From the IMG/VR virus record IMGVR_UViG_3300021467_000006, positions 32,321-96,320 of that record: a DNA stretch of 64,000 nt; one strand, given 5' to 3'. Of the stretch, positions 1 through 7,954 are shown piece after piece. A program made the translations under genes and the position numbers. Position 1 is the stretch's first letter, and every line of letters starts with the position of its first letter. Below the pieces are notes generated by a model that worked only from the letters and a program-made list of their open reading frames with translations, did no database searches and had not been told where the DNA came from. The stretch is from a virus.

Positions 1-2127
1 AATAGAGCTATTGATAAAATGCTCTATGGGGGATTACCTTTTGGGCATCTTCATGAATTTTTTGGATTATCACAAACAGGCAAATGTGTAACTCCAGATA
101 CTTATCTTTTCAGCCCTGATTATGGCTTCATAATGATAGATGATATTATTTTCCCACCTTCTGGTTATAATCTCATAACGGGTAGATACTTCACAAAAAT
201 GAAAGATTTCCTACCTCCTAATTATTGGTGGGAATTGGATTATAAAATCTGTATAGAAGGAAAACAAAAACCGGAAGAAGTAGATAAGATATATTTTGCA
301 AAAAATGAAAAAGTCATAAGAATCATAACTTATAATGGATTCACAATAGCAGGCACTCCAGATCATAAAATAGAGGTTATAGATAAAAATGGAAAAGTAA
401 TAGATAAAGAACTACGAGAAATCACAAAAGATGATGAAATCAAAATAGAATTACCCAATGTAACTGAATGTCCTGGAAATAATAAACTGCCTAAATATGA
501 AATAGTAGATGAAGAAGCAATAATAGATTATTCCATATTAACAGAATTGCCTGTTGAATTGACCAATGATCTGGTAAGTTTAATAGCTTTATTGCTTACG
601 TTTTATGAATATAAAGATGGGGTTATATCTACCTTACCTACACAACAGTTTTCTTTGAATCAAATGAAAAGCGCAGATATACGCAAAACATTCAGGTTAT
701 TGCTATCCAGAGTAATAAATGTAAGCAATGAAGAACTAGATCCAAGCGAGAATATAACCCAACAATTAATACCTTATTTGTTGAATATTGGAGTAGCCTT
801 GAATTTTCCTATAGGAGCCAGATTTGTACCTTTCTGCTTATTAAGAGCTTCTAAGGATAAGATATTACGTTTCATAATAGAATTCATGGCTCTGAATGGA
901 AGAATGGAAAAGAAGAAATATTCTGTATTTTCTTTCTCATTTTATATACTTTATTTCATAAAGCTATATTTGGAATCATTAGGAATACAATCTAGAGGCT
1001 TTTATACATCTTCTGATGAAGATAAAGATTTTAGATATATAAATGTAATAACCCCTTTCCAAATGACCAGGTTAAGCCTTAAATTCGATAGGCAAAATAT
1101 AGCTAAATTATTGAATCTTGTGGATGTAGACTTTATAGAGGAAAATTATCCTTCTAAATTTGCTTTAATGGTACAGTATGCTCATCCATATTTGGAAAAG
1201 GATTTAAGTTATGTAAAAACAACGCATGATAAAGTATATAAAATACAGAAATATAAAAGCGATGTTCTTGATATAGAAATGCCAATACAGCATAAATATC
1301 TTGCTAATGGTTTTGTATCTCATAATTCGTTTTTCTTACAGAAAGCGCTTGCAAATGCCCAAAAACAATATCCTCCTACAATTGGAATTATTTTAGATAG
1401 GGAAAAAGCATATACTACAAAGAGGGCTGAATTTCTAGGTATTGAAACTGATAAAGTTATACTAGCTAAACCAGCTTCCATACCAACCCCTGAAGCAGCA
1501 AAGGATTTCATATTAGGAACTGTCAATAAAATAAGAGATAAAGATCCTGATATGCACTATCACATTGTTGTTCTTATTGACTCCTTGGCTGCTTTTATGC
1601 CTAAAGGTCTAAAGGGTGAAGATATGGGCAAAAAAGCAAAAGCCATCCATGCTGCTTTCAGGGAATTGTTGGTAATTGATTCCAAGACAATGATTCTATT
1701 TTCCAATCATGTAACATTCAATCCCAATGCAATGTTTACCAGTCCTAAAACGAAAGCATGTGGCACTGCACCTGATTATCTCAGAACCTGTGGTATAGCT
1801 CTGGATGCAAAAAAACCCATAAAAATAGGTACTAAACAGGTAGGGGTATATTTAGAAGTTATTGTGGATAAAACACGCCGTGGCCCCAGTTTCTCACGCA
1901 CAGTTATTCCTTTCTTTTTTGCTACAGGAGTTCCAGAATGGGGTGGTTATGATAGATATTTAGCATTTGAAGGAGTATTAACTCCTACCAATAAGCAAAA
2001 ATTCAATAAAATAACAGATAATAGCTTTGAATATATCTATGAAGATAAAGATACCGGTGAAAAATATAAAATAAAGGCCGGTAATGAAAAACAATTAATA
2101 GCATTATGCAAGAAATTCAATCTTTAA
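1..2127 (+). CDS. RecA/UvsX-like recombinase containing an intein; 5' end lies outside the window
   Basis: Frame is open from base 1 (NRAIDKMLYGGLPFG resembles the RecA-family LDxxLxGGLPxG motif). Walker A GLSQTGK|S is split by the intein. ILDREKA and Walker B VLIDSLAA are present. Confidence 0.9.
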   Translation, partial: NRAIDKMLYGGLPFGHLHEFFGLSQTGKCVTPDTYLFSPDYGFIMIDDIIFPPSGYNLITGRYFTKMKDFLPPNYWWELDYKICIEGKQKPEEVDKIYFAKNEKVIRIITYNGFTIAGTPDHKIEVIDKNGKVIDKELREITKDDEIKIELPNVTECPGNNKLPKYEIVDEEAIIDYSILTELPVELTNDLVSLIALLLTFYEYKDGVISTLPTQQFSLNQMKSADIRKTFRLLLSRVINVSNEELDPSENITQQLIPYLLNIGVALNFPIGARFVPFCLLRASKDKILRFIIEFMALNGRMEKKKYSVFSFSFYILYFIKLYLESLGIQSRGFYTSSDEDKDFRYINVITPFQMTRLSLKFDRQNIAKLLNLVDVDFIEENYPSKFALMVQYAHPYLEKDLSYVKTTHDKVYKIQKYKSDVLDIEMPIQHKYLANGFVSHNSFFLQKALANAQKQYPPTIGIILDREKAYTTKRAEFLGIETDKVILAKPASIPTPEAAKDFILGTVNKIRDKDPDMHYHIVVLIDSLAAFMPKGLKGEDMGKKAKAIHAAFRELLVIDSKTMILFSNHVTFNPNAMFTSPKTKACGTAPDYLRTCGIALDAKKPIKIGTKQVGVYLEVIVDKTRRGPSFSRTVIPFFFATGVPEWGGYDRYLAFEGVLTPTNKQKFNKITDNSFEYIYEDKDTGEKYKIKAGNEKQLIALCKKFNL
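85..1326 (+). mobile_element. Intein (414 aa) in the recombinase P-loop, with a probably degenerate LAGLIDADG endonuclease region
   Basis: Starts with C after GK (CVTPDT), block B GTPDHKI, block F/G VLDIEMPIQHKYLANGFVSHN, followed by Ser +1. Removing it restores GLSQTGKS. Confidence 0.92.
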
Positions 2128-2139
2128 AAGGAGGTTATA

Positions 2140-2421
2140 ATGACAGAAACAAATTTAAAAGATTATGAAATTTTAGAAGAATTTAAAGATTTCAATGTAA
2201 CTGTTTTAATAAATAAAGAATATAATAAAGTTCTTGTTATGCTGGGTTATAGAGGATTAACAATAGAATTCAAACTCATAGAATTCATAACAATCATAAC
2301 TACTCTTGCTCAAGCTGCTTCTAAGTTAGATATATCCAGAATAAACATGGAAAGTGAAATCGCAAATTTAGAACAAGAACTAAAAGAAGCTGTAAGTCTG
2401 ATAAAAGAAGGTAAGAAATAG
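2140..2421 (+). CDS. Hypothetical protein
   Basis: 93-aa ORF with AGGAGG RBS, abutting the next gene. Confidence 0.7.
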   Translation: MTETNLKDYEILEEFKDFNVTVLINKEYNKVLVMLGYRGLTIEFKLIEFITIITTLAQAASKLDISRINMESEIANLEQELKEAVSLIKEGKK

Positions 2422-3459
2422 ATGTTAATAGTTGGAGATCTGCACGCTAAAAGGAACTATATATATGATGAAGAACATATCTCTAAGGATAGGTTCTTAA
2501 GATGCTTTACTTTGCTTTTTGAAAAACTAGCAAAATTAGCTATAAAACTAGATGAAGATACTGTTATCTTTACAGGGGATATTATTGATACTTCTGAAAC
2601 AATAGATGCTGTTGTTTTTGATACAGTTACAACAAATTTTGAAACTTTAAAAAATACCATAGAGAATATTTTTATTCTCTGCGGAAATCATGATAGAGTT
2701 AAAGTAAAAAATTATGATTTTACACCTCTTGATATTTTTAGATATATTCATATCCACGTTATTACTCATCCCTCAGTATATATGAAAAATGTGTATTTTT
2801 TACCTTATGGTTATGATGTTCATAATTTTGATAAAAATGAACATTATGAAATTATGATAACACATTTAGCTAATAAATTATCTTCTCCTTTCGATAAAGA
2901 AGCCATAAACCCTGCTATTCTTCCTGCAGATATCATAATAAATGGGCATATTCATAAAACCGAACAATTCAAACTAAAAAACAATAAAACATTCATAAAC
3001 ATTGGAGTTCCTTATCCAACAAGAAAAGGGGAAGAAAAGTGGAAAAACAGGATAATACAGATAAAAGATGGTAAAATAAAATCGCATCCGCTTCATATAC
3101 ATAAAGTTCAATATAAAAAAGTAGAAGATCTTTCATTAATAACAAAAATAAAACCAGATAAAAATTATGAAATAAATACATTATATCTTACAATTCCAAC
3201 TTCAGAAGATATTTCTAATGATGAAATAAAATCTAATTTAGAAGGTTTCGATTCTATATATATTTTCAGGGAAAAGAAAGCTGTAGTTAAAAATCATGAA
3301 AAAGTTATGATAAATAAATTATCTAAAACCAAGCTATTTAGAAGCCTTCTAAAAGAATTTCATTCCGATTATCTTGATAAAAAACTCATGTATAAATATG
3401 GAATGAATATAATAAAAGAGGTAGATCAGGAATATGGCGAAAGCTCTGATATCCTGTAA
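2422..3459 (+). CDS. SbcD/Mre11-like metallophosphoesterase nuclease (T4 gp47-like)
   Basis: GDLH, GDIID, GNHD, ITH and NGHIH motifs; upstream of the Rad50-like gene. Confidence 0.9.
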   Translation: MLIVGDLHAKRNYIYDEEHISKDRFLRCFTLLFEKLAKLAIKLDEDTVIFTGDIIDTSETIDAVVFDTVTTNFETLKNTIENIFILCGNHDRVKVKNYDFTPLDIFRYIHIHVITHPSVYMKNVYFLPYGYDVHNFDKNEHYEIMITHLANKLSSPFDKEAINPAILPADIIINGHIHKTEQFKLKNNKTFINIGVPYPTRKGEEKWKNRIIQIKDGKIKSHPLHIHKVQYKKVEDLSLITKIKPDKNYEINTLYLTIPTSEDISNDEIKSNLEGFDSIYIFREKKAVVKNHEKVMINKLSKTKLFRSLLKEFHSDYLDKKLMYKYGMNIIKEVDQEYGESSDIL

Positions 3460-4219
3460 GAATTGTGGTAAAGAAAAAGAAGTCATAATAACCGCTAAAG
3501 ACAGCCTTCCTAAATTCTGTAGTAGAGAATGTTCAATAGAATATATGAAAGGAAAATCTCATCCTCCTAAGAGAATCTGGACTAAAAAGCAGGATGATCT
3601 CATAAGATTTGCTTATAGCAATTTCAAAACTTCTACAAAAGCCTTAGATTATTTGCAGGAACAGGATGTATTTAAAGGTTATAAAAGAATTACATTATCA
3701 AAAAGAGCAACAAAATTAGGAATAGCCAAGAACATCAAAACAACCAAAAAGCTGACTAAAGAAGAAATAGAAATAATAGAGAGATTTATAGGAACTAAAT
3801 CCGCAAAAGAAATAGCAAGGATGTTAAGAAGGAAGGGATATAATAGAACCTGGCGGACAATACAATACTATTGCAATAAACGAGGAAATAGCTATAAACT
3901 CGATTATTATACTTTAGAAGAAGTCAGAGAGATCCTAGGTTTTCCATCCAGAAAGCAGATGTATAAATGGTTAGAAGATGGCTTATTAATATATGGAGGA
4001 AAGGATGGAAAAAAGCATGTTATAAAACCCATAGCAATAGCTAAATTCATACGAGAATATCCTTTTGAATTGATAAGATATAAAGTGGATTTACCCTTTG
4101 TGGTTGCTTTATTAGACGAATTTAAACCGCACCAAACTAAGAATTGGAGTTGTAAAAAACATGAATTTAAAATTCATACGACTGAAAGCAAGGAACTTCA
4201 GAAGCCTGAAGAATATTGA
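3434..4219 (+). CDS. Putative DNA-binding protein (Cys-rich N-terminus, Myb/HTH-like repeats, C-terminal excisionase-like HTH)
   Basis: CKNC...FCSREC, WTKKQDDLI and LTKEEIEII repeats, YYTLEEVREILG...YKWLEDGLL. Confidence 0.6.
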   Translation: MAKALISCKNCGKEKEVIITAKDSLPKFCSRECSIEYMKGKSHPPKRIWTKKQDDLIRFAYSNFKTSTKALDYLQEQDVFKGYKRITLSKRATKLGIAKNIKTTKKLTKEEIEIIERFIGTKSAKEIARMLRRKGYNRTWRTIQYYCNKRGNSYKLDYYTLEEVREILGFPSRKQMYKWLEDGLLIYGGKDGKKHVIKPIAIAKFIREYPFELIRYKVDLPFVVALLDEFKPHQTKNWSCKKHEFKIHTTESKELQKPEEY

Positions 4220-6068
4220 TATAGATTTAGACCATCAAACAATAAGGCAAATAATAGGTATAAATGAAGATGAAGGCGGTTCTAATGGTAGTGGAAAGAG
4301 TAATATTTTACAGGCTTTTTGTTGGTGTTTATATGGAGAAACCTTTCCAAAATTACAGGCAGATGCAGTATTAAATGATAAATTAAAACGTGATTGTGAA
4401 GTATCTGTAGAATTCATAAGAAATAATAAGCATTATAAAGTAATAAGATATAGAAATCATAAAGAATACTCCAATAAGCTAAGAATTTTTGAGGATAATG
4501 TTGATATATCTTTTCATAAAGTCAATCAGGATTTCCTCAATAGCCTTCTTGGATTAAATTTCAAGTTGTTTCATTTCTGCAATATCTTTCAAATAGAAAG
4601 AGATTCCCTTTTTAAGATGACTGAATCGAAAAGGAAGATGTTCTTCGAGGAATTTATACAGGATATAAAATTCTTCAGGGTATTTTGTTTCGATAAGACC
4701 AAGGAATATATAAAAGAAAAAGAAGATAAATTGCAGGAATTAAATACTGATCTACAGAAAATAGATACTACTTTATTTATGTTAGATGATTCTCTAAAGC
4801 ATAAAGAAGCTAAATTAAATACATTAAAAAAAGGGCTAAAAAACGATTATGATAAATTGAATGAACAGGAAAAGAAGCTAAAGAATAAATTAGAAACTAT
4901 TTCTGAAGAAATGAATAAACTAAAGAAACTTATAAATAATGATAGAATTTCCAAATTGATGAATGATCTAACATTTTTGAAATCTGAAATACAGGAAGCT
5001 ACCAAAAATAAAATGGAGTTGGAATTCAAAATAAAAAGATATGAAGATGAATTGGATATACTGCAGAAGAATTTAGATTCCATAAGTAAAGATTTGCTCA
5101 GATATTCCAAAGGAATTTGCCCTTTCTGTTTTACCGATTTAAAGAAGTATAAATCCAAGAAACTGCAAAAGCATATAAATAAGTTAGAAAAACAACAAAA
5201 AGAATTTAAAAACAAGATATCCGAAAGTATAAATAATGCTACTGAAACACAAAAAGAATATGAAAAAACATTGAAAGAAATATCTTCTGATGAAGAACTG
5301 GCAGAAAAAATAGAGAAAGAAATAGAAGCAATAAACGCAGAAAATATAAATGCTAGGATGAAATATGATGATTATAACTATATGAAAGTCAAAATAGAAT
5401 CCGAAATAGATTTAATAGCTGATAAGAAGGAATTACTTTTAGCAAAGAAAAAAGAAATAAAAAATCTGAGGGATGAAATAATCGAACTGGAAGGCAAAAT
5501 AAACAAAATTAAAAATAATGAAAAAGAAATCAATTCAACTGTAAAAACAATAAAAAGCGATCTAGAGCATTTAAATATATTAAAACAGCTATTCAGAGTA
5601 TCCTTACCAAATAAACTTATATCTTCTTTTGTGGATATGTTTGAGTATTATATGAATAAATTTATCAATATGATGGAATTTCAAACTTTTAATATAGTAA
5701 TGGAACCAGAAAAGAACACTGAAGGAGAAATAACCAAGATACCGATATATGTTATCAGGTATGATGGCATACCTAAGAATTTTAATGAGCTTTCAGGCGG
5801 AGAGAGGCAAAGATTAATACTTGCAGAAATACTTGCAATAAAACAAATAGTAGAAGAGTTGGTTGATGTATCATACAATATATTATGGCTAGATGAGATC
5901 TTGGACATTTCCCTGGATACCGCTGGATCTACAAAAATAAAAGATTTATTAATCAAAATACGAGAAAAGCAGGGGTATTCAATAGAATTAATCTCTCATT
6001 CTCAGGATTTAATCTTTGAAAACAAATTAATAATTAGAAAAAGAGATGGTTGGAGCACAATAAGCTAA
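4161..6068 (+). CDS. SbcC/Rad50-like ABC ATPase (T4 gp46-like)
   Basis: NFRS, Walker A SNGSGKS, coiled coil with CPFC zinc hook, signature LSGGE, Walker B WLDE, ISH. Confidence 0.93.
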   Translation: MNLKFIRLKARNFRSLKNIDIDLDHQTIRQIIGINEDEGGSNGSGKSNILQAFCWCLYGETFPKLQADAVLNDKLKRDCEVSVEFIRNNKHYKVIRYRNHKEYSNKLRIFEDNVDISFHKVNQDFLNSLLGLNFKLFHFCNIFQIERDSLFKMTESKRKMFFEEFIQDIKFFRVFCFDKTKEYIKEKEDKLQELNTDLQKIDTTLFMLDDSLKHKEAKLNTLKKGLKNDYDKLNEQEKKLKNKLETISEEMNKLKKLINNDRISKLMNDLTFLKSEIQEATKNKMELEFKIKRYEDELDILQKNLDSISKDLLRYSKGICPFCFTDLKKYKSKKLQKHINKLEKQQKEFKNKISESINNATETQKEYEKTLKEISSDEELAEKIEKEIEAINAENINARMKYDDYNYMKVKIESEIDLIADKKELLLAKKKEIKNLRDEIIELEGKINKIKNNEKEINSTVKTIKSDLEHLNILKQLFRVSLPNKLISSFVDMFEYYMNKFINMMEFQTFNIVMEPEKNTEGEITKIPIYVIRYDGIPKNFNELSGGERQRLILAEILAIKQIVEELVDVSYNILWLDEILDISLDTAGSTKIKDLLIKIREKQGYSIELISHSQDLIFENKLIIRKRDGWSTIS

Positions 6069-6076
6069 TTTTATGC

Positions 6077-6105
6077 TTGACAAAACTTTAAATCCGTAGT
6101 ATTAT
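6077..6105 (+). promoter_or_regulatory. Sigma70-type promoter
   Basis: TTGACA-17 bp-TATTAT in an intergenic gap. Confidence 0.75.
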
Positions 6106-6148
6106 TTGAGCCAACATTAAGAGATATAAAACAAAAAAGGAGTTAATT

Positions 6149-6394
6149 ATGGTTTTTCAACAGTTTTTCTTATTAGGAATTATATTCTTTTTAATCATAA
6201 TTTTAATACCCTTCCATAAGAAAAACAAATTTCCGCTAATAAATTTAGATACTGAACCACAAATAGATTGGGCAACATATATTCAATTACTAAGAAGAAA
6301 AGAAAGGGAGGATAAAAATGTTATTGAAAGGAAAAGCATGTTTTCGAGGATTAGGGAAAAACTTGAGAGAAGAAATCAAAAAGATCCAGCCTGA
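6149..6394 (+). CDS. Small membrane-anchored hypothetical protein
   Basis: AGGAG RBS, hydrophobic N-terminus. Confidence 0.55.
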   Translation: MVFQQFFLLGIIFFLIIILIPFHKKNKFPLINLDTEPQIDWATYIQLLRRKEREDKNVIERKSMFSRIREKLERRNQKDPA

Positions 6395-6704
6395 TTCAAT
6401 AAAATGCCAAATAAATTATGATGGAAGATATGTAGTATTTGTCATTTATAAAGATAACAAGTCTTACGTTGGAACCGCAATTTGCAGCGTTTTGGATGTT
6501 TTTGATGAATATGAGGGTAAAAACAAAGCTGCTGGAAGAGCAGTAAAAGCATATAAAAAAGGCGAAAGCTCTGAAAAGGTTAGAAGGGATTTTTATGATT
6601 TCCCTAATGGCTGGACTGTAAGACAGGTTATAAATGTTATCAGCCATCCTTTCAGCCATAAATCTTTGGTATTAGATAAAGAAGAAGTGTATATAGGATA
6701 CTAA
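6318..6704 (+). CDS. Hypothetical phage protein, paralog of 6708..7097
   Basis: GGAGG RBS; shares GxAICSxLDxFD..G.NKA.GRA..AY and FPxxWT with the next gene. Confidence 0.75.
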   Translation: MLLKGKACFRGLGKNLREEIKKIQPDSIKCQINYDGRYVVFVIYKDNKSYVGTAICSVLDVFDEYEGKNKAAGRAVKAYKKGESSEKVRRDFYDFPNGWTVRQVINVISHPFSHKSLVLDKEEVYIGY

Positions 6705-6707
6705 ATT

Positions 6708-7097
6708 ATGTTTATTAAAATCCGAAATAAGTATTTTAAATATATAAATAAGAAGCTAAAGAAAAAATTAAAAGAGATAAATCCAGATCATGTGAATATT
6801 GGAGTTAATGGGAACATAACTACATGTGAAATATATAAAGATGGAGGCGTAGCAATAGGTTTAGCTATATGTAGTACTTTAGACATCTTTGATATGAGAA
6901 TAGGTGTTAATAAGGCTGTAGGGAGGGCTATCAGAGCTTATGTTACTAAACACCACAGTGGTAGAATAAGAAAGAGCTATGATGCCTTCCCTAAGACTTG
7001 GACGTTAGAACAGGCAAGAAACGTATTAAAGGTAGATTCTTTTTTCAAATCAAGATTTTTCAACTATATCCCAAAGGGAAGAATACCTCCCGCATAA
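6708..7097 (+). CDS. Hypothetical phage protein, paralog of 6318..6704
   Basis: Same shared motifs. Confidence 0.75.
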   Translation: MFIKIRNKYFKYINKKLKKKLKEINPDHVNIGVNGNITTCEIYKDGGVAIGLAICSTLDIFDMRIGVNKAVGRAIRAYVTKHHSGRIRKSYDAFPKTWTLEQARNVLKVDSFFKSRFFNYIPKGRIPPA

Positions 7098-7108
7098 AGG
7101 GTAGCAGT

Positions 7109-7423
7109 ATGAACTCAAAAGAATTTCATATGAGAAAGGGCAGATTTTTTATATCTACCGATCTCCTCAATGATAATAGATCTCTAAAAATTATGATTAG
7201 GGCTTTCATTTGGTTACAGTTCATACCAATTGATGTAAGATGGGATTTCATACATCATAGATTTGAATATACAGGCTATTCACCTAGATTTGAACCAATC
7301 GAGGAGGGCAGCATTATGCCTGTTTATGTATTAAAAACTAATATAATCAAAAACAAATTAAAATTTAATCTCAAAAAAATAGGTATTATTGATTTTTCTG
7401 TTGACATGAGTTTAAGTTCATAG
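7109..7423 (+). CDS. Hypothetical protein
   Basis: ORF 6998..7423; likely start at MNSKEF (7109), after the previous stop. Confidence 0.55.
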   Translation: MNSKEFHMRKGRFFISTDLLNDNRSLKIMIRAFIWLQFIPIDVRWDFIHHRFEYTGYSPRFEPIEEGSIMPVYVLKTNIIKNKLKFNLKKIGIIDFSVDMSLSS

Positions 7424-7429
7424 TATATT
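7401..7429 (+). promoter_or_regulatory. Sigma70-type promoter of the RNA cluster / DUF2828 unit
   Basis: TTGACA-17 bp-TATATT. Confidence 0.75.
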
Positions 7430-7443
7430 ATAATTCAAGTTGA

Positions 7444-7538
7444 TGGGTAGGCAAGTTCTTAACTGCCTTGGTAAAAATTTATTTGTTACATTTTTTCAGC
7501 CAATCCTAAACCTCCTGGCAGAGCCACTTGCCTACTCA
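7444..7538 (+). ncRNA. Candidate end-paired small RNA (~95 nt)
   Basis: TGGGTAGGCAAGT (7444-7456) pairs with ACTTGCCTACTCA (7526-7538), 13 bp with one G-U; begins just after the promoter. Confidence 0.5.
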
Positions 7539-7545
7539 AATATCA

Positions 7546-7597
7546 AGGTTGGTTACAGCAAACAAAATGCCATGCGGAGGCTCTAACACCAACCTGT
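7546..7597 (+). ncRNA. ACAGCAA-motif structured RNA, unit 1
   Basis: AGGTTGGT-T-ACAGCAA...ACCAACCT-GT; internal hairpin GCC-ATGCGGA-GGC. Confidence 0.7.
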
Positions 7598-7619
7598 TTT
7601 AAAAAATTATTAACAATTA

Positions 7620-7683
7620 AGGCTGACTGCAGCAAATATAATCAATGGTTTTCAGAGGTTCGATCCCTCAAAAGTCAGCCTGT
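7620..7683 (+). ncRNA. ACAGCAA-motif structured RNA, unit 2 (carries a tRNA T-arm-like hairpin)
   Basis: AGGCTGACT-GCAGCAA...AGTCAGCCT-GT; internal GAGG-TTCGATC-CCTC at 7655-7669. Confidence 0.7.
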
Positions 7684-7692
7684 AAAAAGTTA

Positions 7693-7758
7693 GCGGGAAC
7701 TGGATGGCAGATGTTTTTCTACCCGAAAAATAGGATGGTTCGATTCCATCTTCCCGCT
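7693..7758 (+). tRNA. Shrunken tRNA-Gly-like gene (ACC in the anticodon position, minimal D arm)
   Basis: Acceptor GCGGGAA/TTCCCGC with discriminator T; T arm GATGG-TTCGATT-CCATC; anticodon arm TGTTTTT-CTACCCG-AAAAATA; D hairpin CTG-GATGG-CAG; 1-nt variable region; no encoded CCA. Confidence 0.7.
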
Positions 7759-7768
7759 CTTAAAAACA

Positions 7769-7832
7769 AGGGAGGTTACAGCAAGTTCTATGCAACTTAG
7801 CCTCATAAGCTAACCAGAAAATGCCTCCCTGT
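7769..7832 (+). ncRNA. ACAGCAA-motif structured RNA, unit 3 (carries a Met/CAT anticodon-arm-like hairpin)
   Basis: AGGGAGGT-T-ACAGCAA...GCCTCCCT-GT; internal TTAGC-CTCATAA-GCTAA at 7797-7813. Confidence 0.7.
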
Positions 7833-7852
7833 TCTTATGAAAATAAAGGCCA

Positions 7853-7920
7853 AGGCTGGGTACAGCAAACTTACGCTTATATAGCATCGGACTTTCGAAC
7901 TGATCTATAACCCAGCCTGT
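7853..7920 (+). ncRNA. ACAGCAA-motif structured RNA, unit 4 (carries a Glu/TTC anticodon-loop-like hairpin)
   Basis: AGGCTGGGT-ACAGCAA...ACCCAGCCT-GT; internal TATAG-c-ATCGG-aCTTTCGAa-CTGAT-CTATA. Confidence 0.7.
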
Positions 7921-7954
7921 TTATTAACCTTTTTAACAAATAGGAGGTCTCTCC

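Noticed and set aside
7546-7920. CRISPR array interpretation of the repeated units
   Set aside because: The units are not identical direct repeats, spacing is irregular, the variable part lies inside the paired stem, and no cas genes are in the window.
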